DNA of 64,000 bases. Source: Minisyncoccia bacterium. Lineage in GTDB: Bacteria > Patescibacteriota > Minisyncoccia > Phycocordibacterales > Phycocordibacteraceae. Each line of letters opens with the position of its first letter. The first letter of the stretch is position 1. Shown in pieces: positions 9,841 to 19,423 of this stretch. Below the pieces are notes generated by a model, which made no database searches, was not told the DNA's origin, and worked only from the letters and a program-made list of their open reading frames with translations. The position numbers and the translations under genes are program-made. Location: NCBI GenBank assembly GCA_038228545.1, contig JBBRPE010000001.1, positions 46,924-110,923 of the forward strand. The letters are read 5' to 3'.

Positions 9841-10515
9841 ATGCCCCGTAAACGTGGAATTATCTTCGACTTCGACGGGGTCATCGCCAATACCTACCGT
9901 CCCAACTTCATCACTGCACTGGTCCTCGAGCTGGGGTATCCCGTCCCTGACGGAAGCCAGCAACTACTCTCTAAGCACTGGGGAATGACGACAGTCGAGT
10001 TCTTGATGCTCTGCTTCGACCTTCCACTCAAGGATGCACAGAAGGTCAACAGCGCATGGGAGCAACACGACATGGACAACCATGTCCCCTTTATTGAAGG
10101 CGCATGCGAGGCGGTCAAACTTCTCGCTGACGATGGCTACTATCTGGCCATCGTGACGAGCCGCGAACGACCGAGTCTCCTCAAGTTGCTACGCCACGAA
10201 GGAATCTACCACTGCTTCGCAAGTCTTACGGCCCGCGAAGATACGGCTTTCCCGAAGCCGCATCCGAAAGCCTTTGATGCAGCCCGCCAGACGTTTCGCG
10301 CGTTCGGCTATCAGAAGGAGGACTTGGTATTTGTCGGCGACACAATCGTCGACCTCGAAGCGGGTCGCGCGGCTGGTATAGACACTATCATCGTCGAAAC
10401 CGGGCCCTACCCGCACGTGCATCGCGATAGCCACCCACACGAGGCGCATCTGATCATTCCCTCGGCGGCTCACCTACCTGACTGGCTTGAACGGGCCATC
10501 GAAGGATTCCCCTAG
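9841..10515 (+). CDS. HAD-superfamily hydrolase (phosphoglycolate phosphatase-like)
   Basis: FDFDGVI, IVTS, KPHP, VGDTIVD motifs; AAGGAGG RBS. Confidence 0.9.
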   Translation: MPRKRGIIFDFDGVIANTYRPNFITALVLELGYPVPDGSQQLLSKHWGMTTVEFLMLCFDLPLKDAQKVNSAWEQHDMDNHVPFIEGACEAVKLLADDGYYLAIVTSRERPSLLKLLRHEGIYHCFASLTAREDTAFPKPHPKAFDAARQTFRAFGYQKEDLVFVGDTIVDLEAGRAAGIDTIIVETGPYPHVHRDSHPHEAHLIIPSAAHLPDWLERAIEGFP

Positions 10516-10544
10516 TTCCTACAGTTCTTAGTTCAGTACGAAAA

Positions 10545-10565
10545 GGCCCCGCTTCCGGCGGGGCC
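10545..10565. terminator. Hairpin between convergent HAD gene and nrdB
   Basis: ggccccgc/gcggggcc stem. Confidence 0.6.
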
Positions 10566-10587
10566 CATCGTTTTATATAGAAGCTAC

Positions 10588-11622
10588 TTACCAGGAAAGC
10601 TGACCGCCGGTCTTGTATTCGGTCACGCGTGTCTCAAAGAAGTTCTTCTCCTTATTGAGGTCAACGGCCTCGCTCATCCAGGGGAATGGATTGGCAACGT
10701 TGTATTGCGCTGGAAGTCCCACGCTCGCAAGACGACGGTCAGCAATGTGCTCGATGTATTGCTTGAAGCCGTCTGCGTTCATACCGAAGATTCCCTTTGG
10801 GAAAACTTCCGTAGCAAAGGTGTATTCGAGGACGACAGCACGCTTCACAAGGTCTACCATGCGCTGCTGGAATTCTGGGGTCCACAGCTCAGGCTGTTCC
10901 TCCTTTATGGAGTTAATCATGTTCACACCGAAGTTCAGGTGCTGCGACTCGTCGCGCATAATGTACTGAATTTGTTCTGCAGAACCAGTGAGCTTGTTCT
11001 GACGTTGGAAGCCGAACATAACAGCGAATGATGAATAGAAGAAAATACCTTCCATGATGAGCGAGAACACTATGAGGTTCTCCAGGAAGAGTTGGTCATT
11101 CTCAAATGTTCCGGTCTTAAACGCCGGGTCGAAGATTCCTTCGTTCAAGTTAAGGACGAGATTGTCCTTGTTGTAGATACTTTCTACCTCACGATACATA
11201 TTAAAGATACGACTCTCGTCCATGCCAAGCGATTCCACAATGTACTGGTACGCATGCGTATGGATAGCTTCCTCGTAGCCCTGACGAAGAAGGTACATGC
11301 GGCACTCGGGAGAAGTAACGTGCTTGTACACCGCAAGCACGACATTGTTTGCGGCAATGGAGTCTGCAGTCGTAAAGAAACCAAGAACAGTCTCGAACGC
11401 CTGACGCTCGTCTGCAGTCAGAGCAGTCTGACTCTTCCACTGCTCGATGTCGCGCTGCATCGAAATCTCCGTTGGAAGCCAGTGATTACTATTACCTGCC
11501 ATGTATGCCTCCCACGCAAATTTATGACGCATTGGATAGAGCTGCATCACATCGGCATCCCCACCGTTAATTATCTTTCGGTTGTTAACGTTGACGGGTG
11601 CTGCACCGTGGTTGATAGGCAT
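10588..11622 (-). CDS. nrdB: Ribonucleotide reductase class I beta subunit
   Basis: EEAIHTHAY, MEGIFFYSSF, RDESQH, NFFETRVTEY. Confidence 0.96.
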   Translation of the reverse strand: MPINHGAAPVNVNNRKIINGGDADVMQLYPMRHKFAWEAYMAGNSNHWLPTEISMQRDIEQWKSQTALTADERQAFETVLGFFTTADSIAANNVVLAVYKHVTSPECRMYLLRQGYEEAIHTHAYQYIVESLGMDESRIFNMYREVESIYNKDNLVLNLNEGIFDPAFKTGTFENDQLFLENLIVFSLIMEGIFFYSSFAVMFGFQRQNKLTGSAEQIQYIMRDESQHLNFGVNMINSIKEEQPELWTPEFQQRMVDLVKRAVVLEYTFATEVFPKGIFGMNADGFKQYIEHIADRRLASVGLPAQYNVANPFPWMSEAVDLNKEKNFFETRVTEYKTGGQLSW

Positions 11623-11742
11623 ACGAGGTAGTTTGAATTAATAATCCGGGTTCGAGGTCTCCGACTTAGGTCGTACCATTTTCGCCTTCTTCCCCGCTCT
11701 TAGCAACTTTTGAGATAATCAGAGACGGCCTAGATTTGTGAC

Positions 11743-11751
11743 TTATCCACA
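11743..11751 (+). promoter_or_regulatory. Perfect DnaA box upstream of nrdB
   Basis: TTATCCACA. Confidence 0.5.
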
Positions 11752-11761
11752 CTTCGCCAAT

Positions 11762-11795
11762 AAATCAAAACCCCTCGCCAGAGGGGTTTTGATTT
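11762..11795. terminator. Hairpin between nrdA and nrdB
   Basis: aaatcaaaacccctc-gcca-gaggggttttgattt. Confidence 0.7.
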
Positions 11796-11810
11796 CGTTT
11801 TCATGTCCTC

Positions 11811-11909
11811 ACGACTTCAGATACTAGGCGCGAGGAGTTCGCGCGAGAAGACGTACTAGCAGTACGTTGACGAGCGAGAACGAACTCGCAACAACGTAGA
11901 TGGTGTCGT
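11811..11909 (+). repeat. Structured dispersed element family B, copy 1
   Basis: AGATAC-TAGGCG...AGACGTAC-tagca-GTACG...CAAC-AAC-GTAGAT within outer stem acgac/gtcgt. Confidence 0.85.
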
Positions 11910-11917
11910 TTTACGAG

Positions 11918-14872
11918 CTAGCTTTCGCAGGATTCGCAGATGCCGGACTCCATCCCCGCTGCCACACGAGCCAACTTCGCCTTCCATTCGGTGTCTGAGA
12001 AGCCCACAGGAATGCCTGATTCGCTCACGGTGACCGTTTCAATGGTGCCAAACTGTGGATTCTCAATACGCTCCACCACGACCTCTGTGTGGCTTTCTGC
12101 GGTCATTGGAGCTGGCTGTACCATGGCCAAGGCAGGCTCGCCCACCATCACCGACGAAGCTACGGCACCGGCTACTGCAGCTGCCCCACGGGTATGGGTA
12201 GAGCCGTATTCCGCAGTGCTGGTGGTCGACTTCTCCACCTGGGAAGCACCGAGTGTGCGAAGGTAGTAGGTAGTCTTGAGACCCATTTCCCATGCGAGGA
12301 AGTAGGCCTCGGAGAGTTCGCGTCCGGATGTTCCGTTGTAGAAGATGTTAAGGGACTGGGACTGGTCAATCCATTTGCCACGACGTGCAGCTGCCTCGAT
12401 GAGCCATTTCGCATCAATTTCAAAGACTTCCTTGTACTTCTCGCGAAGGCCGAATGGAATCTCCGAAATACCCTGAATGGAACCGTCTGCATACTTGATG
12501 CGGTTCAGCATTGCAGACGACCACATGCCAAGCTTCTTCAAATCCTCAACGAGGTATTTATTAAGAACAACGTATTCACCTTCCTTGTTGGACTTTACGT
12601 AGATGTTTTTGTAGATAGGCTCAACACACGGAATACAACCGACGAGATTTGCGGTCGAGGCAGTCGGTGCGATAGCCATCGTGTTTGAGTTGCGCATACC
12701 ATGCGCCTTCACGTGCTCACGAACCGAAGACCAGTCGAGCTTACCACCACGTTTCAATTTCACTTCCTCACCGCGCTCACTCTGGAGCAAATCGATAGTG
12801 TCCTGCGGGAAAATGTCGCGATCCCACTTACTACCCTTGTAGGTTTCGTATGTACCGCGCTCCGCTGCTAGTTTGGACGAACCGAGGATGGCATTGTACG
12901 CAACGACTTCCATGGACTCGTCAGCAAAGGCAACTGCCTCAGGTGTATCGAAGTTAATGCCGAGAAGATAGAGTGCGTCATGGTAACCACGAACACCAAG
13001 ACCAACCGGGCGATGACGCATGTTTCCGCGACGAGCATCCTCCGTTGGGTAGAAGTTAAGGTCGATAACGTTATCGAGCATACGCATTGATGCCTGCGTC
13101 ACCTTTGCGACCAAGTCATGATCGAAGAACGCCGTGCCATCTGCCTTGTAGGAAACAAACTTCGCGAAGTTGAGTGAGCCAATGGTACATACCGCAGTCT
13201 CTTCTGAATTCGTATTGAGTGTGATTTCCGTGCAGAGGTTTGAGTTGTGCACGACACCGACATGGTCCTGTGGTGAGCGGACGTTGGATGGGTCCTTCCA
13301 GGTAATCCATGGGTGGCCCGTTTCAAAAAGCATGGCAAGCATTTTCTTCCAGAGGTCACCTGCTGGAATGCGCTTGAACTGCTCGATGACACCAGTGTCA
13401 ACCATCGCTTCGTATTCGACATAGCGCTTCTCAAATGCCGCCCCATAGAGGTCGTGAAGGTCCGGTACGTCATTTGGCGAAAACATGGTCCAGTCTCCTC
13501 CATCGCGTACACGCTTCATGAACATATCCGGAATCCAGTTTGCTGTATTGATGTCGTGCGTACGACGGCGCTCGTCTCCCGTGTTCTTGCGAAGCTCAAG
13601 GAAGTCCTCGATGTCGAGGTGCCACGTCTCGAGATACACACAGCCCGCACCACGGCGCTTACCTGAGCGGTTAATAGCGAGATTCACGTCGTTCGCAATC
13701 TTAAGGAATGGCACAATGCCTTGCGACGGTACGCCTGTACCCTTAATAAAGGAGCCCGTAGCGCGAACCGGAGTCCAGTCAGTGCCGGTACCACCCGACC
13801 ACTTCAGGTACTGTGCATTATCAGATACAGACTTGAAGATTCCTTCGAGAGAGTCCGGCACTGTGTTGAGGAAGCAGTTAGAAAGCTGTGCCTTCTTTGC
13901 TCCTGCTTGGAAGAGCGTGCGACCGCCCGGTGTGTAGTAGAAATTACTAAGCAAGCCATAGAACTCAAGTGCGACGCGCTCGCGGTCTTCTTTCTTTTCG
14001 TTAAGGGAAAGTCCCATAGCAATACGCATCCAGAGCATCTGCGGAGTCTCGAGCGGCTTCTTAGTCTTTGGGTCTTCCATACAGTAGCGGCTGGACATGA
14101 TTTCGAGGCCCATGTACTCGAAGAGCGAGTCGTTCTCAATTTTCATCTTGCGCGCCATGCCAGCAAGATCATACTCGCCCATGCGCACGTCCAGATTACC
14201 TTCTTCGATGGCCTTAGTGATGTTGCGGACGAATACACGCTCATGTTCGAGTGCGAGCTCGTCTTCCTTAAACGACGAGCCGAAGACTTCCCCATACATG
14301 CGATGTAAGTGAAGAGCAGCGGCGAGCTTCGAGTACGCGGGGTCGCGCTCAATCATGGAACGAACAACCGCGATGAGTGCGCGCTTCACTTCGTCGGTGG
14401 TCATTCCTTCGTAGAGCTCGTACTTGAGCTGGGACATGATGTGATCTACATCAACGTCTCCCTTTACGAATTTCACGAGATTTGCACGTACGCGTGATTC
14501 GTCAAAGGCTTCTTCCTTTCCACTTGCGGTTTTAATGGTGAGTTTCTTCTCCTCAACCTTCTGAATTACTTCCTGGAGTTTCTCTTCGCGCTTCTTGGAG
14601 TGCTCGTAGCGGTACACGATATAGTGGCGAGCAACCGTAAGGTGTCCTTCGCGCATAAGCGTGAATTCAACGAGGTCCTGCACGTTTTCCACCGAAGGAG
14701 TTTGGTCCTGAAAACGTTCCTGAAGTTCAGCAATAATTGCTGTGGTCATTTCTTCGAGCTTCGAGGACTCAACCGGCACATGCATTGCGTCGAAAGCTTT
14801 ACGCATTGCTTCAGTAATCTTTTCAATCTCAAACTCTACGATAGTGCCGTTGCGCTTTTTGACTTGCTTCAT
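11918..14872 (-). CDS. nrdA: Ribonucleotide reductase class I alpha subunit with N-terminal ATP cone(s)
   Basis: VKKRNG ATP cone, QLSNCFL, SNLCTEI, APTAST, KTTYYLR, C-terminal CESC. Confidence 0.97.
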   Translation of the reverse strand: MKQVKKRNGTIVEFEIEKITEAMRKAFDAMHVPVESSKLEEMTTAIIAELQERFQDQTPSVENVQDLVEFTLMREGHLTVARHYIVYRYEHSKKREEKLQEVIQKVEEKKLTIKTASGKEEAFDESRVRANLVKFVKGDVDVDHIMSQLKYELYEGMTTDEVKRALIAVVRSMIERDPAYSKLAAALHLHRMYGEVFGSSFKEDELALEHERVFVRNITKAIEEGNLDVRMGEYDLAGMARKMKIENDSLFEYMGLEIMSSRYCMEDPKTKKPLETPQMLWMRIAMGLSLNEKKEDRERVALEFYGLLSNFYYTPGGRTLFQAGAKKAQLSNCFLNTVPDSLEGIFKSVSDNAQYLKWSGGTGTDWTPVRATGSFIKGTGVPSQGIVPFLKIANDVNLAINRSGKRRGAGCVYLETWHLDIEDFLELRKNTGDERRRTHDINTANWIPDMFMKRVRDGGDWTMFSPNDVPDLHDLYGAAFEKRYVEYEAMVDTGVIEQFKRIPAGDLWKKMLAMLFETGHPWITWKDPSNVRSPQDHVGVVHNSNLCTEITLNTNSEETAVCTIGSLNFAKFVSYKADGTAFFDHDLVAKVTQASMRMLDNVIDLNFYPTEDARRGNMRHRPVGLGVRGYHDALYLLGINFDTPEAVAFADESMEVVAYNAILGSSKLAAERGTYETYKGSKWDRDIFPQDTIDLLQSERGEEVKLKRGGKLDWSSVREHVKAHGMRNSNTMAIAPTASTANLVGCIPCVEPIYKNIYVKSNKEGEYVVLNKYLVEDLKKLGMWSSAMLNRIKYADGSIQGISEIPFGLREKYKEVFEIDAKWLIEAAARRGKWIDQSQSLNIFYNGTSGRELSEAYFLAWEMGLKTTYYLRTLGASQVEKSTTSTAEYGSTHTRGAAAVAGAVASSVMVGEPALAMVQPAPMTAESHTEVVVERIENPQFGTIETVTVSESGIPVGFSDTEWKAKLARVAAGMESGICESCES

Positions 14873-15109
14873 ATAACCGTGATGCCTTTATCGCACGTGA
14901 TAATACAGTCGACCGGGAGCAGGAAGCAGTGGCTTCGGCATGAACGGAGAAGGGTAAAAAACACTCGGGAAAGAACCTCCCTACTCCCTTCAACCTGCTC
15001 TCGACTGCGAGACGAACTTACTTATTTTAGACCCCTATTCCATACATTCCTACTGTGGATTATTCGAGCGAGGAAGTACGCCATTCACTTTTTGTTCCGA
15101 AACAATTTC

Positions 15110-15142
15110 ATCATATGCGCAAGTGCATGAAATCTGCAGGAA
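15110..15142 (-). promoter_or_regulatory. Putative response-regulator-dependent promoter, divergent from the two-component operon
   Basis: Minus strand: TTCCT-N6-TTCAT-N11-TATGAT. Confidence 0.55.
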
Positions 15143-15192
15143 GGCCTATGTGCTGAAAGGATTGCCCCTCTGACACGTCAAAATAGTGATGC

Positions 15193-15225
15193 TTAATGAA
15201 TGCTTCATGCGACGTACTATGTAAT
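15193..15225 (+). promoter_or_regulatory. Putative autoregulated promoter of the two-component operon
   Basis: TTAAT-N6-TTCAT-N11-TGTAAT. Confidence 0.5.
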
Positions 15226-15261
15226 AGGGTGACGCAGGGATTACCAGATAACGATTACATC

Positions 15262-15939
15262 ATGCGCATACTCATTGTCGAAGACGAAACCAAGTTGGCG
15301 GAAGCTCTTAAGAAGGGGCTTGAGCTCAAGGGCTTTGCTGTGGATTGGCTTTCTGATTCTGAAAAGGCTCGGACGCGTATACTGCTCTATCGCGACGAAT
15401 ACGATCTTATTCTTCTGGACCTCATGCTTCCCGGCATCGATGGCGCTACGATTTGCCGTGATGCACGAGCCGAAGGTGTTACTACACCTATCATTATCCT
15501 TACGGCACGTGACGAGGTTGATTACAAGATTGAACTTTTGAACCTCGGAGCGGACGACTACCTCGCAAAGCCATTCTCCTTCGACGAACTCGTGGCGCGC
15601 ATCACTGCAGTGCTCCGTCGCCCTACAGAAACACTTTCCTCCACCCTTACCATCCGTGATATAAATCTTGATTCAACGCGACGCGTGGTAGAAAAGAACG
15701 GTGAGGTAGTACCGCTCACACTTAAGGAGTACTCTCTTCTCGAGTACTTTATGCGGCATCCGAATGAAGCACTCACGCGTGAATCTATACTCGACCACGT
15801 ATGGAGCTTCGACTTTCCTGGATTCTCGAATGTACTCGACGTGCACATGAAAAATCTCCGTAAAAAGCTAGACACGTATGAAACAAACGACGCCCTCTTC
15901 GAGACGGTCCGCGGGGTGGGTTACCGACTTAACGGATAA
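15262..15939 (+). CDS. OmpR/PhoB-family response regulator
   Basis: MRILIVEDE, LLDLMLPG, GADDYLAKPF, TVRGVGY. Confidence 0.95.
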   Translation: MRILIVEDETKLAEALKKGLELKGFAVDWLSDSEKARTRILLYRDEYDLILLDLMLPGIDGATICRDARAEGVTTPIIILTARDEVDYKIELLNLGADDYLAKPFSFDELVARITAVLRRPTETLSSTLTIRDINLDSTRRVVEKNGEVVPLTLKEYSLLEYFMRHPNEALTRESILDHVWSFDFPGFSNVLDVHMKNLRKKLDTYETNDALFETVRGVGYRLNG

Positions 15940-16963
15940 GTATCGGTTTGATGCAAACGTGCGCACGACAGTGCAGATAATAGTTCTGCAGGTAAGCTTC
16001 ACGTTGCTTTCTATAGTCGCATTCGGCTGGGCGCTGCAGTACGTACAGCTTGATACTAGTGCTGCGATTATCCAGCATATTCAGGATGTGCTTACAAGGA
16101 CGGCGACCTCGTCTGATTCACTCTCACGCGCGCTCCACGAAACACATCGGAATATTTACATTCTGGTTTCTGCAGTATTGCTCATTTTGAATATAGTGTT
16201 CGGCTATTTGATTGCACAGTTTGCACTTCGTCCGACGCGCCAGACACTCGCCTATCAAAAGCGCTTTATAGGCAATATCGCCCACGAGATACGCACACCA
16301 CTCGCTATTATAAAAACCTCCACGGAAGTGGTGCTCTTTGACCCTTCCCTTCCAAAGACCGTGCGCGAAGCAATGGAAGGTACCGTTACCGAACTCGACC
16401 GTATCTCGGAGACGATAAATAACCTTCTATCTCTGGACACACTCGCTCGCCCGAAGACAATGCACTTTGAACCCGTTGACGTAGGCGCAGTCGCCGTCAC
16501 TGTAGTGGAGCGGCATCAGGAGCTGGCTCATTCACGCGGTTTACACCTCGAAGGCGAAATTGCGCCATCGGCTTTTGTACTTGGAAACGCAACGGCACTG
16601 GATCAAATCATTACGAACCTTACAAAAAATGCCCTTACCTACACACCGAAAGACAAAGACGGGAAGGTTGTCGTATCCGTCAGCACGGAATTCAAATCAG
16701 TCGTTATTTCGGTACGCGATAACGGCATCGGAATACCGGAAAAGGATATTCAGCACATATTCGAACCGTTCTATCGCGCCGATACCTCGCGAGCACGCGA
16801 TATCGGCACCGGGAGTTCAGGTCTCGGACTCGCTATTGTGAACGAAATAATTCGTCTTCACCACGGAACCATTACCGTGCGCAGTACCGTCGGGGAAGGA
16901 ACGACCGTACACGTAACGCTCCCCCGCACGCACAAATCTGCGCTTACTACGGGCGACGTGTAA
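15878..16963 (+). CDS. Sensor histidine kinase
   Basis: Two TM segments, AHEIRTPL, NLTKNA, DNGIGI, FEPFYR, GLGLAI. Confidence 0.95.
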   Translation: MKQTTPSSRRSAGWVTDLTDKYRFDANVRTTVQIIVLQVSFTLLSIVAFGWALQYVQLDTSAAIIQHIQDVLTRTATSSDSLSRALHETHRNIYILVSAVLLILNIVFGYLIAQFALRPTRQTLAYQKRFIGNIAHEIRTPLAIIKTSTEVVLFDPSLPKTVREAMEGTVTELDRISETINNLLSLDTLARPKTMHFEPVDVGAVAVTVVERHQELAHSRGLHLEGEIAPSAFVLGNATALDQIITNLTKNALTYTPKDKDGKVVVSVSTEFKSVVISVRDNGIGIPEKDIQHIFEPFYRADTSRARDIGTGSSGLGLAIVNEIIRLHHGTITVRSTVGEGTTVHVTLPRTHKSALTTGDV

Positions 16964-16996
16964 TTCATTCTTACTTCATTGATTGCTCGCTACACT
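16964..16996 (+). promoter_or_regulatory. Putative response-regulator-dependent promoter
   Basis: TTCAT-N6-TTCAT-N11-TACACT. Confidence 0.6.
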
Positions 16997-17155
16997 TCCT
17001 GTACTGGGCTGCGGGACAACGTCTTTGCACCCACACCAGTTCTTTCGAACCACTTTCCGCATCTCGTTCCGTAATCGGACGCGCACGCGAGATGCAGTAC
17101 TGAATATTATTCCTCTTTCACGAACGCGTATGCATAGGAAAAAGAGAATCTAGCA

Positions 17156-17193
17156 GGCCGGGCCAGTTCCTACTCGTAGGAACTGGCCCGGCC
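17156..17193. terminator. Long perfect hairpin downstream of uppP
   Basis: ggccgggccagttcctac-tc-gtaggaactggcccggcc. Confidence 0.65.
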
Positions 17194-17204
17194 GCTTTTC
17201 GCTC

Positions 17205-18056
17205 TTAGCGAAGCACGATAAGCGCCACGATACCCGCAAGCACACAGTAGACCGCGAACGGCACCAGTGTTTTGGTCTTGAAATACTTGGTAAGGAATCG
17301 GACAGCAAGATACGCGGTGATTGCGGAAATGAGTGAGCCGGCACCTATTTCCGCTATCGGATAATTTCCTGCCGCATGGAAGAGTTTCGGAAGCTTGAGG
17401 GCTGCGGCGGCAAAAATGATGGGTGTTGCGAGTAAGAACGAGAAGCGCAGTGCACTTTCGTGATTGAGTTTTGCAAGAAGACCACCAGCAAGCGCGGCTC
17501 CTGTGCGAGAAAATCCCGGAAGGAGCGCGAGCGCCTGCATGGAACCAATGCCTATTGCCTGCAGGTACGAGAGTTTAGCAATTGCTTCGTCTGGATTTCC
17601 ATGACTCGGAATCGAACGGCGTCTGCGCAACACTTCTGCGCCGTATAGTAAGAAACCGTTACCAATAAGGAAAAAAGCGACCATGATGGGTGCAGCAAAT
17701 AATTCCTCAAATTTCTTATCGAACAAGATTCCAAGTATTCCGGCAGGAATAGTGCCGATAATGATGAGCCATGCAAGTCGTGCGTACGTGTCGTCTTCAG
17801 GTATGCGACGCGCTTTAACAGAGCGAAAGAAACCAAACGCGATCTTCCACCAGTCTTCCCAGAAGAAACCGAGCAGAACGAGCGCCGTCGCAAAGTGTGT
17901 CGCGACAAGGAATATCACAAAGAATTCTGCGCTCTGATCTATCGGCCAGCCAAGCAGCTGCGGAAGTATCACCGTATGGCCGAGTGAGGAAATCGGGAAG
18001 AGCTCGGTAACACCCTGAAGGCCGCCCAGTACGAGTGCTTGGAAGTACGTAATCAT
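17205..18056 (-). CDS. uppP: Undecaprenyl-diphosphate phosphatase
   Basis: QGVTELFPISSLGH and PGFSRTG motifs. Confidence 0.95.
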   Translation of the reverse strand: MITYFQALVLGGLQGVTELFPISSLGHTVILPQLLGWPIDQSAEFFVIFLVATHFATALVLLGFFWEDWWKIAFGFFRSVKARRIPEDDTYARLAWLIIIGTIPAGILGILFDKKFEELFAAPIMVAFFLIGNGFLLYGAEVLRRRRSIPSHGNPDEAIAKLSYLQAIGIGSMQALALLPGFSRTGAALAGGLLAKLNHESALRFSFLLATPIIFAAAALKLPKLFHAAGNYPIAEIGAGSLISAITAYLAVRFLTKYFKTKTLVPFAVYCVLAGIVALIVLR

Positions 18057-18071
18057 GGAAGACAGTATAGG

Positions 18072-18695
18072 TTATTCCGGCCTTTTTTTCTTGGTTAGGT
18101 AGAGGAAAGCAAGGTAACCAGTGCCAAACATGAGGATAAGAGCAAAGACGTACCTGTGCATCACAAACAGAAGGACCTGGGAATGTCTACCGAAGAAGTA
18201 GCCAGCCGCAATAAACTCGCTCACGCCAACCAAGACACCGGCGATGTTGTACAGAAGAAAAGTACGGTACGGTACCCGGTACACGCCTGAAAGAAAAGGT
18301 GTTATCAGATTGAAGGGACCTATAAGCCGTGCGAGAAAAATCGCGAGTGTACCATGTCGCTTGAAGAATATTTCCCCACGGTGATAGTTCTTGAGGCTGA
18401 AAACTACACGACCCTCTTTGAAAAGTGATGCTCCTATTCTTCTACCCAGATAGTGATTCACAGAGTCCCCCAGTGCCCCACCGGCGTAGAGGACAGGAGC
18501 CACAAGAAAAATATTTAATACACCTGCACCAGCGAGGATGGAACCGCCAAGTAGGAAAAGTTCACCCGGTATAAATATGTTTGTTCCGATAAGAGTTTCA
18601 AAAAACATTCCCAGGAAAAGTACGCTATAGGCAATCCCACGATGTACGGCGAGCCAATCGGTAAAGTACGTGAGGGAAAAGAAATGAAGCAACAT
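18072..18695 (-). CDS. DedA family membrane protein
   Basis: FFETLIG..IPGE, GDSVNHYLGR, FLARLIG. Confidence 0.9.
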   Translation of the reverse strand: MLLHFFSLTYFTDWLAVHRGIAYSVLFLGMFFETLIGTNIFIPGELFLLGGSILAGAGVLNIFLVAPVLYAGGALGDSVNHYLGRRIGASLFKEGRVVFSLKNYHRGEIFFKRHGTLAIFLARLIGPFNLITPFLSGVYRVPYRTFLLYNIAGVLVGVSEFIAAGYFFGRHSQVLLFVMHRYVFALILMFGTGYLAFLYLTKKKRPE

Positions 18696-18701
18696 GGAGG
18701 A

Positions 18702-19421
18702 TTAACGGACTGGATTGTAGACGAAACGCTTTGAAAGCGACGCGGGAAGTACACCAATGAGTGTCTGCCACAACATAAGTCGCCACCAGCCATCTGTATC
18801 ATACCGCCGTGTGGACGTGTAGACGGCGTCAGAAGCAAGAAAAAAGAAGTTTCCTTTTCGTCTGAGTTCAGTCACGAAGCACTGGTCTTCCATCCACGTT
18901 CGTCCTTCTTCGAAGCGAGTACTCCCGATAGCTGCATGTCTGACAATCATGAGTGTGTATGCCTGTTTAAACAAGCGATGAATAAAGTCATAAAAAGCAA
19001 ACCATCGCTTTGCGGTAGCAATAGCTGAATCAGGACGAATGACTGATGCCCCGACTACGGAGCGGGAGTCAAGATTACTGAGTTTTTCCGTAAGCTCGTT
19101 CAAGTAGCCGGGAAGAAAATACGTATCCGCGTCGAGAAACAGAATCCAATCAGCTGTAGGCGTTGCCGCTTCTAGTCCGCGATTACGCGCGAAGGATACT
19201 CCTTTTTCAGAATACGTGAGCACGCGCACGTTCGCCGACTCAAAAGCTCGTGCTTTTGCATACGTCGTATCGGTCGATCCGTTTTCAACAACAATCACCT
19301 CATATCGGTCGATTGGGTATAAAAGCTCGCCAAGTCTCTCAAGGGTATGTGAGATGTAGCGCTCTTCATTGTGTGCAGGGATGATAATCGAGAAGAACGG
19401 TTGGTCCTTCTGTCCGTGCAT
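18702..19421 (-). CDS. Glycosyltransferase family 2
   Basis: IIIPAHNEE, NGSTDTT, ARNRG, FLDAD, TSTRR. Confidence 0.92.
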   Translation of the reverse strand: MHGQKDQPFFSIIIPAHNEERYISHTLERLGELLYPIDRYEVIVVENGSTDTTYAKARAFESANVRVLTYSEKGVSFARNRGLEAATPTADWILFLDADTYFLPGYLNELTEKLSNLDSRSVVGASVIRPDSAIATAKRWFAFYDFIHRLFKQAYTLMIVRHAAIGSTRFEEGRTWMEDQCFVTELRRKGNFFFLASDAVYTSTRRYDTDGWWRLMLWQTLIGVLPASLSKRFVYNPVR

Positions 19422-19423
19422 AG

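Noticed and set aside
11640-11700. tRNA suggested by GGTTCGA
   Set aside because: No cloverleaf or acceptor stem can be built.
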